64,000 bases of DNA, from positions 496,001 through 560,000 of the forward strand of contig JBHGNT010000011.1 of NCBI GenBank assembly GCA_043228905.1, written 5' to 3'. The position numbers were made by a program, and so were the translations under genes. The notes under the pieces are model-generated. The model had not been told where the DNA came from, did no database searches, and saw only the letters and a program-made list of their open reading frames with translations. Position 1 is the stretch's first letter, and each line of letters starts with the position of its first letter. This document shows positions 36,087 through 47,156 of the stretch, piece by piece. The stretch comes from Azolla caroliniana. Taxonomy: Eukaryota > Plantae > Polypodiophyta.

Positions 36087-37753
36087 TCAGAGGTAGCCGA
36101 GTCAGTTCGGATGTTTGGTTCAGACAGGTTGAATCAACCGACGCCCAAGCGGAAGAAAAGGCAGCAGAAGAAGTGTCGACACCGCAACAGCAGAAGAGCT
36201 GATAAGGGCCACATGAGCAGACAAGCCGACCAGAAGGGTCGAAGCGCGCGGAGTCGAACAGGTCAAGGAGTGCGAGCGAGGTGTGAAGCCAGGAGGAACC
36301 GGAGCTGTGAGTCCGAGGATCCCGAAGAGCCTCGAGTTGAGCTTGAGGGGGGGTGTTGAGAGACAAGCTCAACATCGGCTAGATTGGCTGAAGAAGCCAA
36401 GGAACGGATCGGTTAGGCTGAGTGCGTAAACCAGGAGGCCGTTAGGAAAGATATTCCGTGAGGAATATATTTGGGAGTTAGTGTAGGAGGTCTTAATGAG
36501 CAGTGAAGTACTGTCAGTACTTCGATCAGTCCTTCTAGGACTTGTATAAAAGTGTTCATTGAAGCACGTCTTATGTATAGATTGAGTATTATTGTTGAAT
36601 ATAGTTTTTGTGTTTCTCTCTGTCTCTCCTGCGTACACCGTTGTCGTGAAGATCCGTCACTACACGCGGATCGTGAGGCGGAACCGCCGGGGTTCTGGAC
36701 CAGAAGGATTTAGAGTCGATACAAGCTTTGGCGAGAAAGTACTTAAGATAGATTGGGAAAGAGAGAAGATGAGATTACACGATTGATTCCAAAACGAATT
36801 TCTTCCTCTTAATTTTCATAAAAAAAAACCGTGTTTTTCTCCTCCCCCTTCCCTCTTTTATAGATGCTCTCATGCATATGATGCATGTGAGGGTACAAGA
36901 CATGCATAAATTGCATGTTTGCCATTTGGCGCTTAAGTATTACATGTGGTGCATGCTAACCATGTCACTCATTTTAGCACTCATGGATGAGAATTTACAT
37001 GTAAAAGTACAATGATAGAAATATACTTTTAACTAAATACTATGGCTTAATGGTAAGCCATTTGACTCCTAACTTGGAGGCGCAAGGTTCGAATCCATAC
37101 TTGCCTTCCTTGTATATGTAAATATGTATATATTTTTATATATTTATTTTATCTAGTCGACGGTTCAAAATATATATTTATTTTATCTAGTCGACGGTTC
37201 GCCGGATACCGGTGCCGCTGCCAGATGCCGACGCCGACGCCGACGCCGGATGCCACCGCCAGATTGCCGTCGGATGCCGTCGGATCACCGGCTCCATCGC
37301 CGGTCCGGTTTTGGTTGGCCAAAACCCTTTTCGAGTAGCTAGCCACCTCCACTCTAAGTTCAAGTTACCTTGAACTCTCTATGCTCCACACATAGACACA
37401 AAGATAATATCTTTTGCTCCACCTTATATATGATGAGAGCCGTATTTGTCGTGCCTATGTAGGATATCTTACAATTTTCTCTTTTCTTTTCACAAACTTT
37501 ATACCCTCATATCTTGACATTTAGTTGTCCATTTCTCGTGTAATAAAGTGCATTCGAAACCTCCATCATTTGTAGTTAGATATTGAAAATGTTATCTTCA
37601 CAATTATTGTATTACGTGATTCATACTCGATTTTGTACGTTTTATGGGATTTTCACACTATTGCCGAAAATCTTCACGACATCCACCCCCACCAAACCGC
37701 ACGTCCTCCGGTACGTGCCAAGAAGAGAAGAAGTGAGATTTCGGCTACGATGA

Positions 37754-40700
37754 TCAATTAGATTCCTCCATGTCTTCATTTTTATCCGGCCTATTATGTT
37801 CATCGTCGAGGTAATCGAGGTCAGGATCCTTGTCTTGTCTTTTCTTGAAAAGCTTTACTCTTTTTCCCGCAATGGGTACGGCCAACCTTGATCCGTCTAG
37901 TTCCGCAAGGTGGTATGTGGCATTATCGTTGGCACTTGTCACCACATACGGCCCGAACCATCTTCTTGCGAACTTCCTTGTTGTACTATGTTGATTGTCG
38001 TAGACCAAAACCCAATCCCCTTCTTCAATCTTCTGGGGATGAAGTCGATGCGTGTTGTCGAACCAAACTTTGTTCTTTACTCGGGCTGCCTTCATCATCT
38101 TTCGCGCTTTTTCTAAATCTTCAGGTCTTCTTTCAAGTTGCCTTATCCGCGCCGCTAATAACTCTTCTCAGCTCATCTCGTTCTCCCACGGTATCGCTAC
38201 CCATGAGGCGATCGTCCTTTCGATGGGCATAATCGGCTTTTATCCATACATAAGCTCCGTCGGCATATACCCTGTCACCGAGCTATGTGTCGTTCTATCA
38301 GCCCACAAGGCATAGGGTAATAGTCGTGGCCAATTCCCGACTCGACCGTTGCATGCCCGTACGATGGCTTTAACGATAGGTCCATGCCCTCGCTCGATCT
38401 TCCCATTTGCTTCCGGATTGTAGGCAGTCGTGAGGGAGAGCTTCACGCCTAGTCTTTCGAAGAGCTCCGTCGCTTCGTGCGCGTCCAACTCCCCTCGGTC
38501 GGCCACTATCTTCCCTACACATCCATATCGGCAAACAACATCGTCAAGTAAAAATTTGCAAACGGCTGAAGTCGTCTTATTTGTCAAGGCTCGTCCTTCC
38601 ACTTGATTTGTCAAGTCTTCCCTTGCCAACGCTAAGTACTTCATTTGTCCCACTCCCATTGGCATCGAGACCAGATCCACCATCCATTTGAAGTGTATGG
38701 TGAGTGGGTATGTCGGCTTTAACTCATCACGATGACGTATATTTGAATATACTTGGCAAGTTTCGCATGTGGACACGAAATGGAGTACATCTTTGTACAT
38801 GCTTGGCCACCAGTACTTCTCCTTCAACTTTTCGAACGTCGCCCATGTTCCTTTATGACCTGCCCAAGCACTCTCGTGGAATTCGGTCATTAGCGTCTCT
38901 TGCTCTTCTTTCTTTACCACCACTCGACGTGGTATTCCTGTCCTTCTTTTTGGATGTCGCCAAAGGAATCCTCCCTTCAAGAAGTATCGATAAGCTTTCT
39001 TCCGGATTCGTAGGGCCTCCTCCTTTGTCAACGAAGCATCGGTCGTCAATGTTCTTAGGAATCTACCGATGAGTAACCACTCTCCTTCGTACTCGTTCTC
39101 GTTGAAGGCGTGGAGGGTTTGTGTGTCTTGGTCTTCCGCCGACAATCGAGCCATCTTGAAGAAGTCGAGGGCGACATCTTCATCTTCCGAAACCATGTTA
39201 CTTTCATTTGAAAATCTTGCCCTCGACAGCATGTCAGCCATGGCGTTCTTCTTCCCTGCGATGTGACGGATCTCTGGGTTTAAAGACTTGATGTAGGCGA
39301 TCCACCTTAGCATAGCAAGATCTGGGGTCGCACATCCCGAGACCATTCCGAGAATTGGGAGACAATCTGTCTCTATTATCACTTCTGACCCGATCAGGTA
39401 ATCTTTGTCCGTCTTCACTGCTGACACAATACCCCAAAGTTCCCGCTTGACTTGGGCATATCTTTGTTGCCGTTCGCTGAGAACCTTTGCTCCGAACCGG
39501 ACGGCATATCGCGCATTATCTTCACCTTCTTGATTGATGACCCACCCGATTCCAGTTGGGCTCGTATCTACGGTCACGTAAATTGGTTTCCCTTCGGCAT
39601 AGTCGGCCTTCCTTAGTGCCGGAGCTTCAAGAAGCAGTTTCTTTAATCTTCGCATCGCCTCTGTGTGCTCGTCTCGCCATTCGAACTTTATTCTTTTCTT
39701 TAGTAGTCCATATAACGGTTCGGCGACATGAGCGTAGTGAGGAATCCATATATGATAAAACGTGCACGCTCCAAGGAACCTTCGAACCTCCGTTTGGTTT
39801 TCGCATTCTTCTTTCATGTCTTGGATTGCGTTCACTTTGGATGGCGAGGGCTTCCGGCCGTATGCTCCACACAAGTGACCTACCACCAAGATCTCCGGTT
39901 GCCCGAATGCGGATTTTTCTCCCGAAAATGTCAAATTCGCATCTTCGAGCCTTTGAAGCACCTTCTCGCAATCTTTCATATGATCCGCAACGAACTTTCT
40001 ACAACCTTCCTTATCTTTCGATTCATCTTTCTCCTCATCCGAACATCCTTTTATCGGAATATCATCCAAGAATGGCATCGTGATGTCCGGAATGCAATCC
40101 TTCAAGACTTTATTCATGGCATTCACCATATGAGCCACCGAGTTCGTTGCGCCTTGGGGTAAGGCACACATCCGCACAAGCCCGATCAGAGTCCTCATGG
40201 TTGTAAAGTCCCGACTGTCGATCGCCAATTGGAATTGGTCATATTCGGAGTAGAGATCGCCAATGGAGTAGATGGACCGGCCCGCAAACGCTTCGGCAAA
40301 TTCGTCCACGCTCGGACCGATTCCGGCATTTCGAATTGTCACCTTGTTGACGGGTTGAAGATCTTGGATGAAACGCAATGATCCATTCTTCTTCGGTACC
40401 GTGAACCACCTATTGGAATAAGGAGCATTCGACGGTTCTAGAATTCCCATACTCACCTTCTCCTTTAAGAGCTCGATCAGCTTCGGAAGGTGTGCTCTCG
40501 GAACCGGTATCGGTTTCAAGTTCCAAGGCACATGAGGCACCGTGAAGATCACCATCGGCTCTATAACCTTTGGGTCGGCGCATCCGATTTCTCGTGGGAA
40601 GAATGCGAAAGCCTTCCCATGTCTCTCAAGCATATCGCGAAACATTCGCTCCTCTTCAGGGAGAAGGAAATCCTCCTTTCCAACTCGTAGCTTCCCCTTC

Positions 40701-41236
40701 GTCTCTTTGGTGAAGTCATGACCTATCTTCTTCGGATCTCTTAAGCTTGGATCGTTAGCGACTTCCTTCATCTTTTGCCAGCTATCTTCCGGTAGCGGAA
40801 CCGCAACTGGCTTGATCTTCTTATCCACTATTTTATATTTCGTGTTGATGTCAGCTTCATTCATCGAGATGCCACGACGATATTCATCGATGATAGCGTA
40901 CATGTTGACGGAGTTAACCGAAATCACACGTTGGTTGTGAAGATAGCTCAAGTCCACGACGTCCTCGATTTCGCCGATGGTGTCATTAAATGAGGCTTCT
41001 TCCATAATATGAGTCACGAACTCTCCTTCTTCTATTATGTTCTCTTCTTTCAGCATCTTCTCGAATTCTTGTATCCGGCGCTTGTGCTTCTTGTCGGGTA
41101 GTACTAGTTTACATGCGCCACTAGGTGTGACACATGTTGCTTCTCCTTGCAATCCACGCATTCTTCTTTCTTGTGGGGTCTTGTGATTGCTCGGACTATT
41201 TGTGCCCCATGCTTCAATAGTCCGCTCTAAAAATCC
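37754..41236 (-). CDS. pol: RT-RNaseH-integrase in the -1 frame relative to gag-PR; premature stops in the integrase C-terminal part
   Basis: 'LPQGATNS', 'PFLDDI', 'VTVDTS', 'HESAWAGH..CETC', 'VADRGE', 'NPEANGKIERGH', 'WFGPY'. Stops at 38240 and ~38170 look like C>T changes. Confidence 0.9.
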
Positions 41237-43422
41237 GAGGATTCGCCTCCGAGACTATCTCGATTCCTTTCATGATTGGCTCGCACTGTTAGGAATTGGA
41301 CCGATCTTTGGTTGTCAAGACTCTTTATTCGTGCGAAGGCTGCTCCATTATCAAACACTTTGGTCTCCATCCGAGATGATGTGATATAAGGTTGCCCTAG
41401 GATGACAGGATGCGACGCCGATTCTTGTACGAAGAAGTGTTGATCCATCTCCACATCCCCGATCGTGACTTTGACATTGGGACAAGCTCCGTACAAGTCC
41501 TCCGTAGACTTTGTTGCCGCGCGAATCTTCCATCCGTGGTTTGTATTGATTGGCCATCTTCCCTTTTTGTAGAAGTCGGTTGACATGAGGTTGATCTCCG
41601 AGCCGTGGTCGATCAAGGCTACGACAGTCTCTTTCTTCTCCCCGATCTTCACCGGCGTCTCCGTTGTCGCTCGTGCCCAATGAGGTCGAGTGTAGTGGCT
41701 GTCCACCATATCTTCATTGATTTCGTCTCTTGCCATCGTTATGGCATTCGTTTTTGCTTTTTGCGGCTTCTCTTCTTCCTCGTCCGATTGTTGTCTCTTT
41801 CTCTTTACAAGGTCCACGATCGTGTCATGGAACTCCTTCGTAATGCCAAGCAATTCCCTCAAGGACAAAGTTACGTGGCTATCAAGAACTCGTTCTTCGA
41901 GAATCTTCTTTAGGTCCGTCGTCTGCTCTATGTCCGACCTTAGCTTATAGGTAGGTATGGTCCTTGTGCTCCGAGCGGGGTCTTCGACACCAACCTTCAC
42001 GGGCCGAACCGTTTCTTCAACTCGTATGCTCGGCTCCCCTTTTCGGCTTGATTCTCGTTCCTCCGTTTGTAAAGGTCGACTCGTCTCCGCATCGTCCTTC
42101 TTTTTCGCGTTCCTTGTTTCATGTCTTTTTGATGGCCCTTGCTCTTCTATTCTCTTTCTCTTCTCTTCGACGAACACCTCGTGGTTGTCGCACATCACCT
42201 CCGCGAGTATGGTGTTGTCGTCCACCGGATCCGACCACCCGGTTATGTTTTGCACGCTTCGGTCCGCAAGCTCTACCTCGTTCGATGTGACTTTTCCCTT
42301 CTTCTCATATTCGAGAACGGAAGTCCAAAACTTTGCTCCCGCTCTAGCAGCTTCAATCTTGTCTTTCCCAACTCTTATTCTGGCCGACGCAGCATAGTGC
42401 ATCGCATCCACATGAGTCGCATCGGCATCCTCCATAGATTTCTTCATTCCTCCTCTTCCGAAATTCACCCGTAGGGGTCTTCTAGTCTCGCTTGAGCAGA
42501 TCATGTTGTCCTCTATGTATACGATATTTTGTCGAATCGCCTCTCGAAGGCTCGCACAATCCCTTCTCATGTGGTCCATGCTATCGCACCACACGCATCT
42601 AAAGGGTTCTTTTCCCTTAGGGCCCCGACGATTCATGTTGGCTAGCGTCACCTTCTCGAACTTCTTCGCTAGCTCTTCAATGATGTCGTCATCAATCTTC
42701 TTTTCTTCCATGTCACTTTGTCTCGGCGGCTCAGCTACTTTCGACGGTCTTGCTTTCTCCGTGGTAGTCGGTCTCATCAAGTCGGTGTCATCAACCCATT
42801 GGCGACGCTTGTCGAGCCTATTGCATGCCTGCTTCACCGCGATCCAGTCCGCTACGAGCCCATTTGCTTGGGTATCATCTTCGAGAAGAGTCCCCAACTC
42901 CCGTCTATCCTTTATGTCCACGGCCTTCAAGAAGTACAAAGTCTTGTCCTCTTCAAGCAATACTTGGTCCGTATTGGGGAGACGACTAAACATCTGGTCG
43001 AATTCGTCGTACACCCTCGAGACGCTCATCTTCTTATTCTTCTTCTCTATCCACTTCATCAGGGCATGTCGAGTCATCCTCGTTGAGTCTTCAGTCACGA
43101 ACTCCGCTAGTATCGTTTTCTCGAACTCGGACCATGTTGTCTTTCCTTCTTGAAGCTCGATGACGCGTCTTTGGATGTTGTTGGCGACAACTCTCTTGAA
43201 GCTTGCGATTTGACGTGCCTCGGACACGTCCCTTTGATTCATCTCCCTCTTATATGCATCAAGGAACTTCGTAACGTTCCTTCCATCGAATTGGCCCTCG
43301 AGCTCTACGACACGATCAACAGCCTTCTCCACGCTCGCGTCGTTGTCCCGAGATCTCATCATTTGCTCGACGATTAGCATCATCCTTTCGAGCTCTCCTG
43401 CTTGGTTGCTTGAGGACGCCAT
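41227..43422 (-). CDS. gag: Gag-protease polyprotein
   Basis: Open ORF with CCHC 'CVWCDSMDHMRRDC' and aspartic protease 'ALIDHGSEIN' ... 'VILGQPY'. Confidence 0.9.
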   Translation of the reverse strand: MASSSNQAGELERMMLIVEQMMRSRDNDASVEKAVDRVVELEGQFDGRNVTKFLDAYKREMNQRDVSEARQIASFKRVVANNIQRRVIELQEGKTTWSEFEKTILAEFVTEDSTRMTRHALMKWIEKKNKKMSVSRVYDEFDQMFSRLPNTDQVLLEEDKTLYFLKAVDIKDRRELGTLLEDDTQANGLVADWIAVKQACNRLDKRRQWVDDTDLMRPTTTEKARPSKVAEPPRQSDMEEKKIDDDIIEELAKKFEKVTLANMNRRGPKGKEPFRCVWCDSMDHMRRDCASLREAIRQNIVYIEDNMICSSETRRPLRVNFGRGGMKKSMEDADATHVDAMHYAASARIRVGKDKIEAARAGAKFWTSVLEYEKKGKVTSNEVELADRSVQNITGWSDPVDDNTILAEVMCDNHEVFVEEKRKRIEEQGPSKRHETRNAKKKDDAETSRPLQTEERESSRKGEPSIRVEETVRPVKVGVEDPARSTRTIPTYKLRSDIEQTTDLKKILEERVLDSHVTLSLRELLGITKEFHDTIVDLVKRKRQQSDEEEEKPQKAKTNAITMARDEINEDMVDSHYTRPHWARATTETPVKIGEKKETVVALIDHGSEINLMSTDFYKKGRWPINTNHGWKIRAATKSTEDLYGACPNVKVTIGDVEMDQHFFVQESASHPVILGQPYITSSRMETKVFDNGAAFARIKSLDNQRSVQFLTVRANHERNRDSLGGESSDF

Positions 43423-46400
43423 CTCCAAGTATTAATCTCGACTTGATCCTTCCTACCGCCTCTTTCACGTCAGGTTCACCACTTAATTATGTCGTGAAGA
43501 TCCGTCACTACGCGCGGATCGTGAGGCGGAACCATCGGGGTTCTGGACCAGAAGGATTTAGAGTCGATACAAGCTTTGGCGAGAAAGTACTTAAGATAGA
43601 TTGGGAAAGAGAGAAGATGAGATTACACGATTGATTCCAAAACGAATTTCTTCCTCTTAATTTTCATAAAAAAAAACCGTGTTTTTCTCCTCCCCCTTCC
43701 CTCTTTTATAGATGCTCTCATGCATATGATGCATGTGAGGGTACAAGACATGCATAAATTGCATGTTTGCGATTTGGCGCTTAAGTATTACATGTGGTGC
43801 ATGCTAACCATGTCACTCATTTTAGCACTCATGGATGAGAATTTACATGTAAAAGTACAATGATAGAAATATAATTTCAACTAAATACTATGGCTTAATG
43901 GTAAGCCATTTGACTCCTAACTTGGAGGCGCAAGGTTCGAATCCATACTTGCCTTCCTTGTATATGTAAATATGTATATATTTTTATATATTTATTTTAT
44001 CTAGTCGACGGTTCGCCGGATACCGTCGCCGGATGCTGTCGCCGGATACCGGTGCCACCGCCGGATGCCGCCGCCAGATTGCCGTCGGATCACCGGCTCC
44101 ATCGCCGGTCCGGTTTTGGTTGGCCAAAACCCTTTTCGAGTAGCTAGCCACCTCGACTCTAAGTTCAAGTTACCTTGAACTCTCTATGCTCCACACATAG
44201 ACACAAAGATAATATCTTTTGCTCCACCTTATATATGATGAGAGCCGTATTTGTCGTGCCTATGTAGGATATCTCACAATTTTCTCTTTTCTTTTCACAA
44301 ACTTTATACCCTCATATCTTGACATTTAGTTGTCCATTTCTCGTGTAATAAAGTGCATTCGAAACCTCCATCATTTGTACTTAGATATTGAAAATGTTAT
44401 CTTCACAATTATTGTATTACGTGATTCATACTCGATTTTGTACGTTTTATGGGATTTTCACACTATTGCCGAAAATCTTCACGACACCGTGTAAGCTCAA
44501 GCTCTCCATTAAACATGAGTTTCCTCCCTTCTGTTCGGTCTTCATACTTGCTTCCGCACGCTACTTTCTACATTGTTTTTATATGATTGAAATTTAATCT
44601 TTTAATCATTTCATCGGATTCATTTGCCAATAGGATTAAAATGAATAACACACATAGCCCTAGAGACCGTATGGTTAGTGCAGCCAAACATTTTTGTCTG
44701 GGTTACTATGATTCAATAACAAAGAAGAAGGCTCGAGCACATGTGAACAAACACAACGTGGTCAATTATATCATGTGCCCAACTGTGACTAAGAAATTAT
44801 AAAATGTTTCGAATGATAAGAGTCTTTTGAACCCTTCTCAAAAACTGCAAAGATTAATCAACCTCCTTTTAGAACTCTTCTCAAATCCAAGTGATTGGAT
44901 TCTAGATTTGTTCCCTAGCACAGGTATATAATATAAATTTACTTAGATTTATTTCGATCAAGTAACTTAAAGACTATCATTCTTATATGTACTTCTTCAC
45001 TTCCATTCAGCTATTGGGTACTACTACAACTAGTGTATTAATGATGTTTTGAAACTATGTTGCATTGGAGAAGGACCTTGCACAAGTAAACTTCATCAAA
45101 ATGAGGATCGTGGGAATCTAGACTGTCCAGATCAAGATAAGAAGTCAGAGCCAAACACATCAATGAAACAAAGAGGTTCAGATGACTTCACAAGAACCAC
45201 TGGAACCAATAGATGAAGAAGGAAGAAGCAGGGGACATGTGGACCTAGAAGATGTAACACAATTTGAGCATACACAGTATTTAGGAGAGCTTGTAGATGA
45301 TATTAATGAGAATAGTCTAGAACAATCAATTGTGCTTGAAGAGCCTAATGTACCAGATTTGCTTATAGATTGATTTATATTGCAAATTGTATAATTTGAC
45401 GATTGTTGACAAATGTTAATCTTTGGCTTCTGATTTCTTTGTATATATGAACAATAGCAATGCGTTAAGTTTTAATTTATTTCGTTGATTCATTTCCTCA
45501 TTTCTTGAACAAAATATTGAAGTATAAATTGTATATAGATATAAATTGTTAATATGCTCTTTCAAAGTTTGGGGTATTCACATGATATTATGCTTAGTCA
45601 TTTCTATGATATTAATTGGGTATAACACGTAGGTTTATAATTTTAAATAGTATAAGTTTACACGTTGCAAGGTTGTTGATTTCAAATAGTATAATTTTAC
45701 TTGGGTAGATAATTGCCTCTCATAAATTACATTGTGATGTCTTATATGACAATATACAATAAAATTATCATTGTAACACTTGCAAGAGTGGGGTACTACT
45801 TTATTCTTCACCAGTAAAACCAGTTAATAAAATTTAACATACATAAAATTCTATTCTACAATTTAGATATGGATACCAAAACAAGAGATATAGAATTCAC
45901 CTATTGTTTAGAATTTATTTAGTTTTAAATTTCACTATGTTTCCATAAACGATGTATACATGCATTGTACATTTTTTAAATTTTGCTAGATTATGGCATT
46001 TTTTAACATCTCACCAACATCTGGCAAAAGACAATGCAACATATTACCTGTTTCAAATTCTCATGATGTAATTGAAGAAAGTGCATTGGTCACAACATCT
46101 TTAAATTCTCAAAATAAATTATCATGGTTTATCAATTCTGGCTACTCAATTATAGGGCTGAAAATATCAACTTGTTTTAGAAAACAAGTAAATTTGTATT
46201 ACCTAGGGAAATATTTATGGGTAATGATATGTGTTACACTCATAATAGTGGTGAAGATGTAGAACTATAGTTGTCAAACAATGTTATTAAGAACTTAAGA
46301 GATGTTTTGTATGTGCTAGATATTACAAAACGTTTAATGCTTGTTGCACAATTAGTGGAAAAACAATTGAATCTTTTGTTTACAAATAATGGTTGCAATA

Positions 46401-47156
46401 TTATAAATGCGAAAATAGGAGAAGTTGTTGGTATTGTTTTCAAAGTTGGACTCATATTGATCTTGGGTGATGTTACACATAAATGTTTGGTTGCTTGTAG
46501 TCGAAGTGATTTGAATTAGTGGATCCAAAGTTGGATGCATTTTCATTTTAAATGATGTTAGACATAGATGCCTTGTTGCTAGTAATCAATGTGATTTCCA
46601 ATTATGGTGTAAGCATTTTGGTCATGTGAGTGAAAAACATTTGATTGAGACGAGCAAGAATGGAATACTAAGTGGATTGCCTATATTTAAAGAGGTTTTT
46701 ACATTGGCTATTTGTGATGCATCTTATGAAGCTAAGCTCACAAGGCAAATAAAGTTGACTAAAAAAGTTGCATGTAAAGAACATTTGGAGATTGTACACA
46801 TCGATGTTTGAGGATCTTCACTAGAAGCAAGTTTTGAAGGCTCAAAGTATTTTATTACATTTATTGATGATTATTCTAGAATGGTAGGGATATATTTTAT
46901 GCACTCTAAGGATGAAGCAATGCAAAAACGTTGTGAATTTAAATGCATAATTGGAAGTCAATTTCAATCCTACATTAGGAAAATCAGAGTATTTAAAGTG
47001 ATGGTGGAGGAGAATATATGTGTTGTCCGCCAGAATAGTAACTGAAGGACAAGGAGCGTATTATATAAAAATGTATATTACGAAACGTTTGGAAAGAATG
47101 TAACGGCTCACGCAAGTGGCGTGAGTGATTGAGCAGCATGTGTATATAAACAGTAG

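Larger units (their letters stand above)
36642..44486 (-). mobile_element. Full-length, nearly intact Phygy-like Gypsy element
   Basis: LTRs 36642-37681 and 43490-44486 with 12-bp terminal inverted repeats (tgtcgtgaagat). PBS tggtgaacctgacgtgaaa (Trp) at 43463-43481, PPT at 37682-37693, 4-bp TSD ccgt. Confidence 0.95.
31075..44572 (+). mobile_element. Full-length Ty1/Copia element with a Gypsy inserted in its 3' LTR, lying in an intron of the MTase gene
   Basis: 5' LTR 31075-31455 and PBS tggtatcaaagc. PPT gaggggggg at 36345-36353, 3' LTR 36354-36641 plus 44487-44572. 5-bp TSD ttgtt. Confidence 0.95.
27270..45372 (+). pseudogene. Spliced ParB-like domain / beta-class DNA amino-methyltransferase (N6_N4_Mtase-like) fusion gene, disrupted
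   Basis: ParB-like 'YYVIGGSHSVETHRQL' (~28330). MTase motifs in beta order: 'VFNGE', 'TLLVVGIPYG' (30806-30835), 'W|IKMN' across an intron, 'NPSQKL..LLELFSNPSDWILDLFPSTG|TT' (44830-45026), 'NYVALEKD'. GT-AG introns. Interrupted by 28911-29473, ~29860-30650 and 31075-44572. Confidence 0.75.

Noticed and set aside
27270-45372. Bacterial contamination as the source of the MTase motifs
   Set aside because: The motifs are split by spliceosomal GT-AG introns and by plant retrotransposons with clean TSDs.
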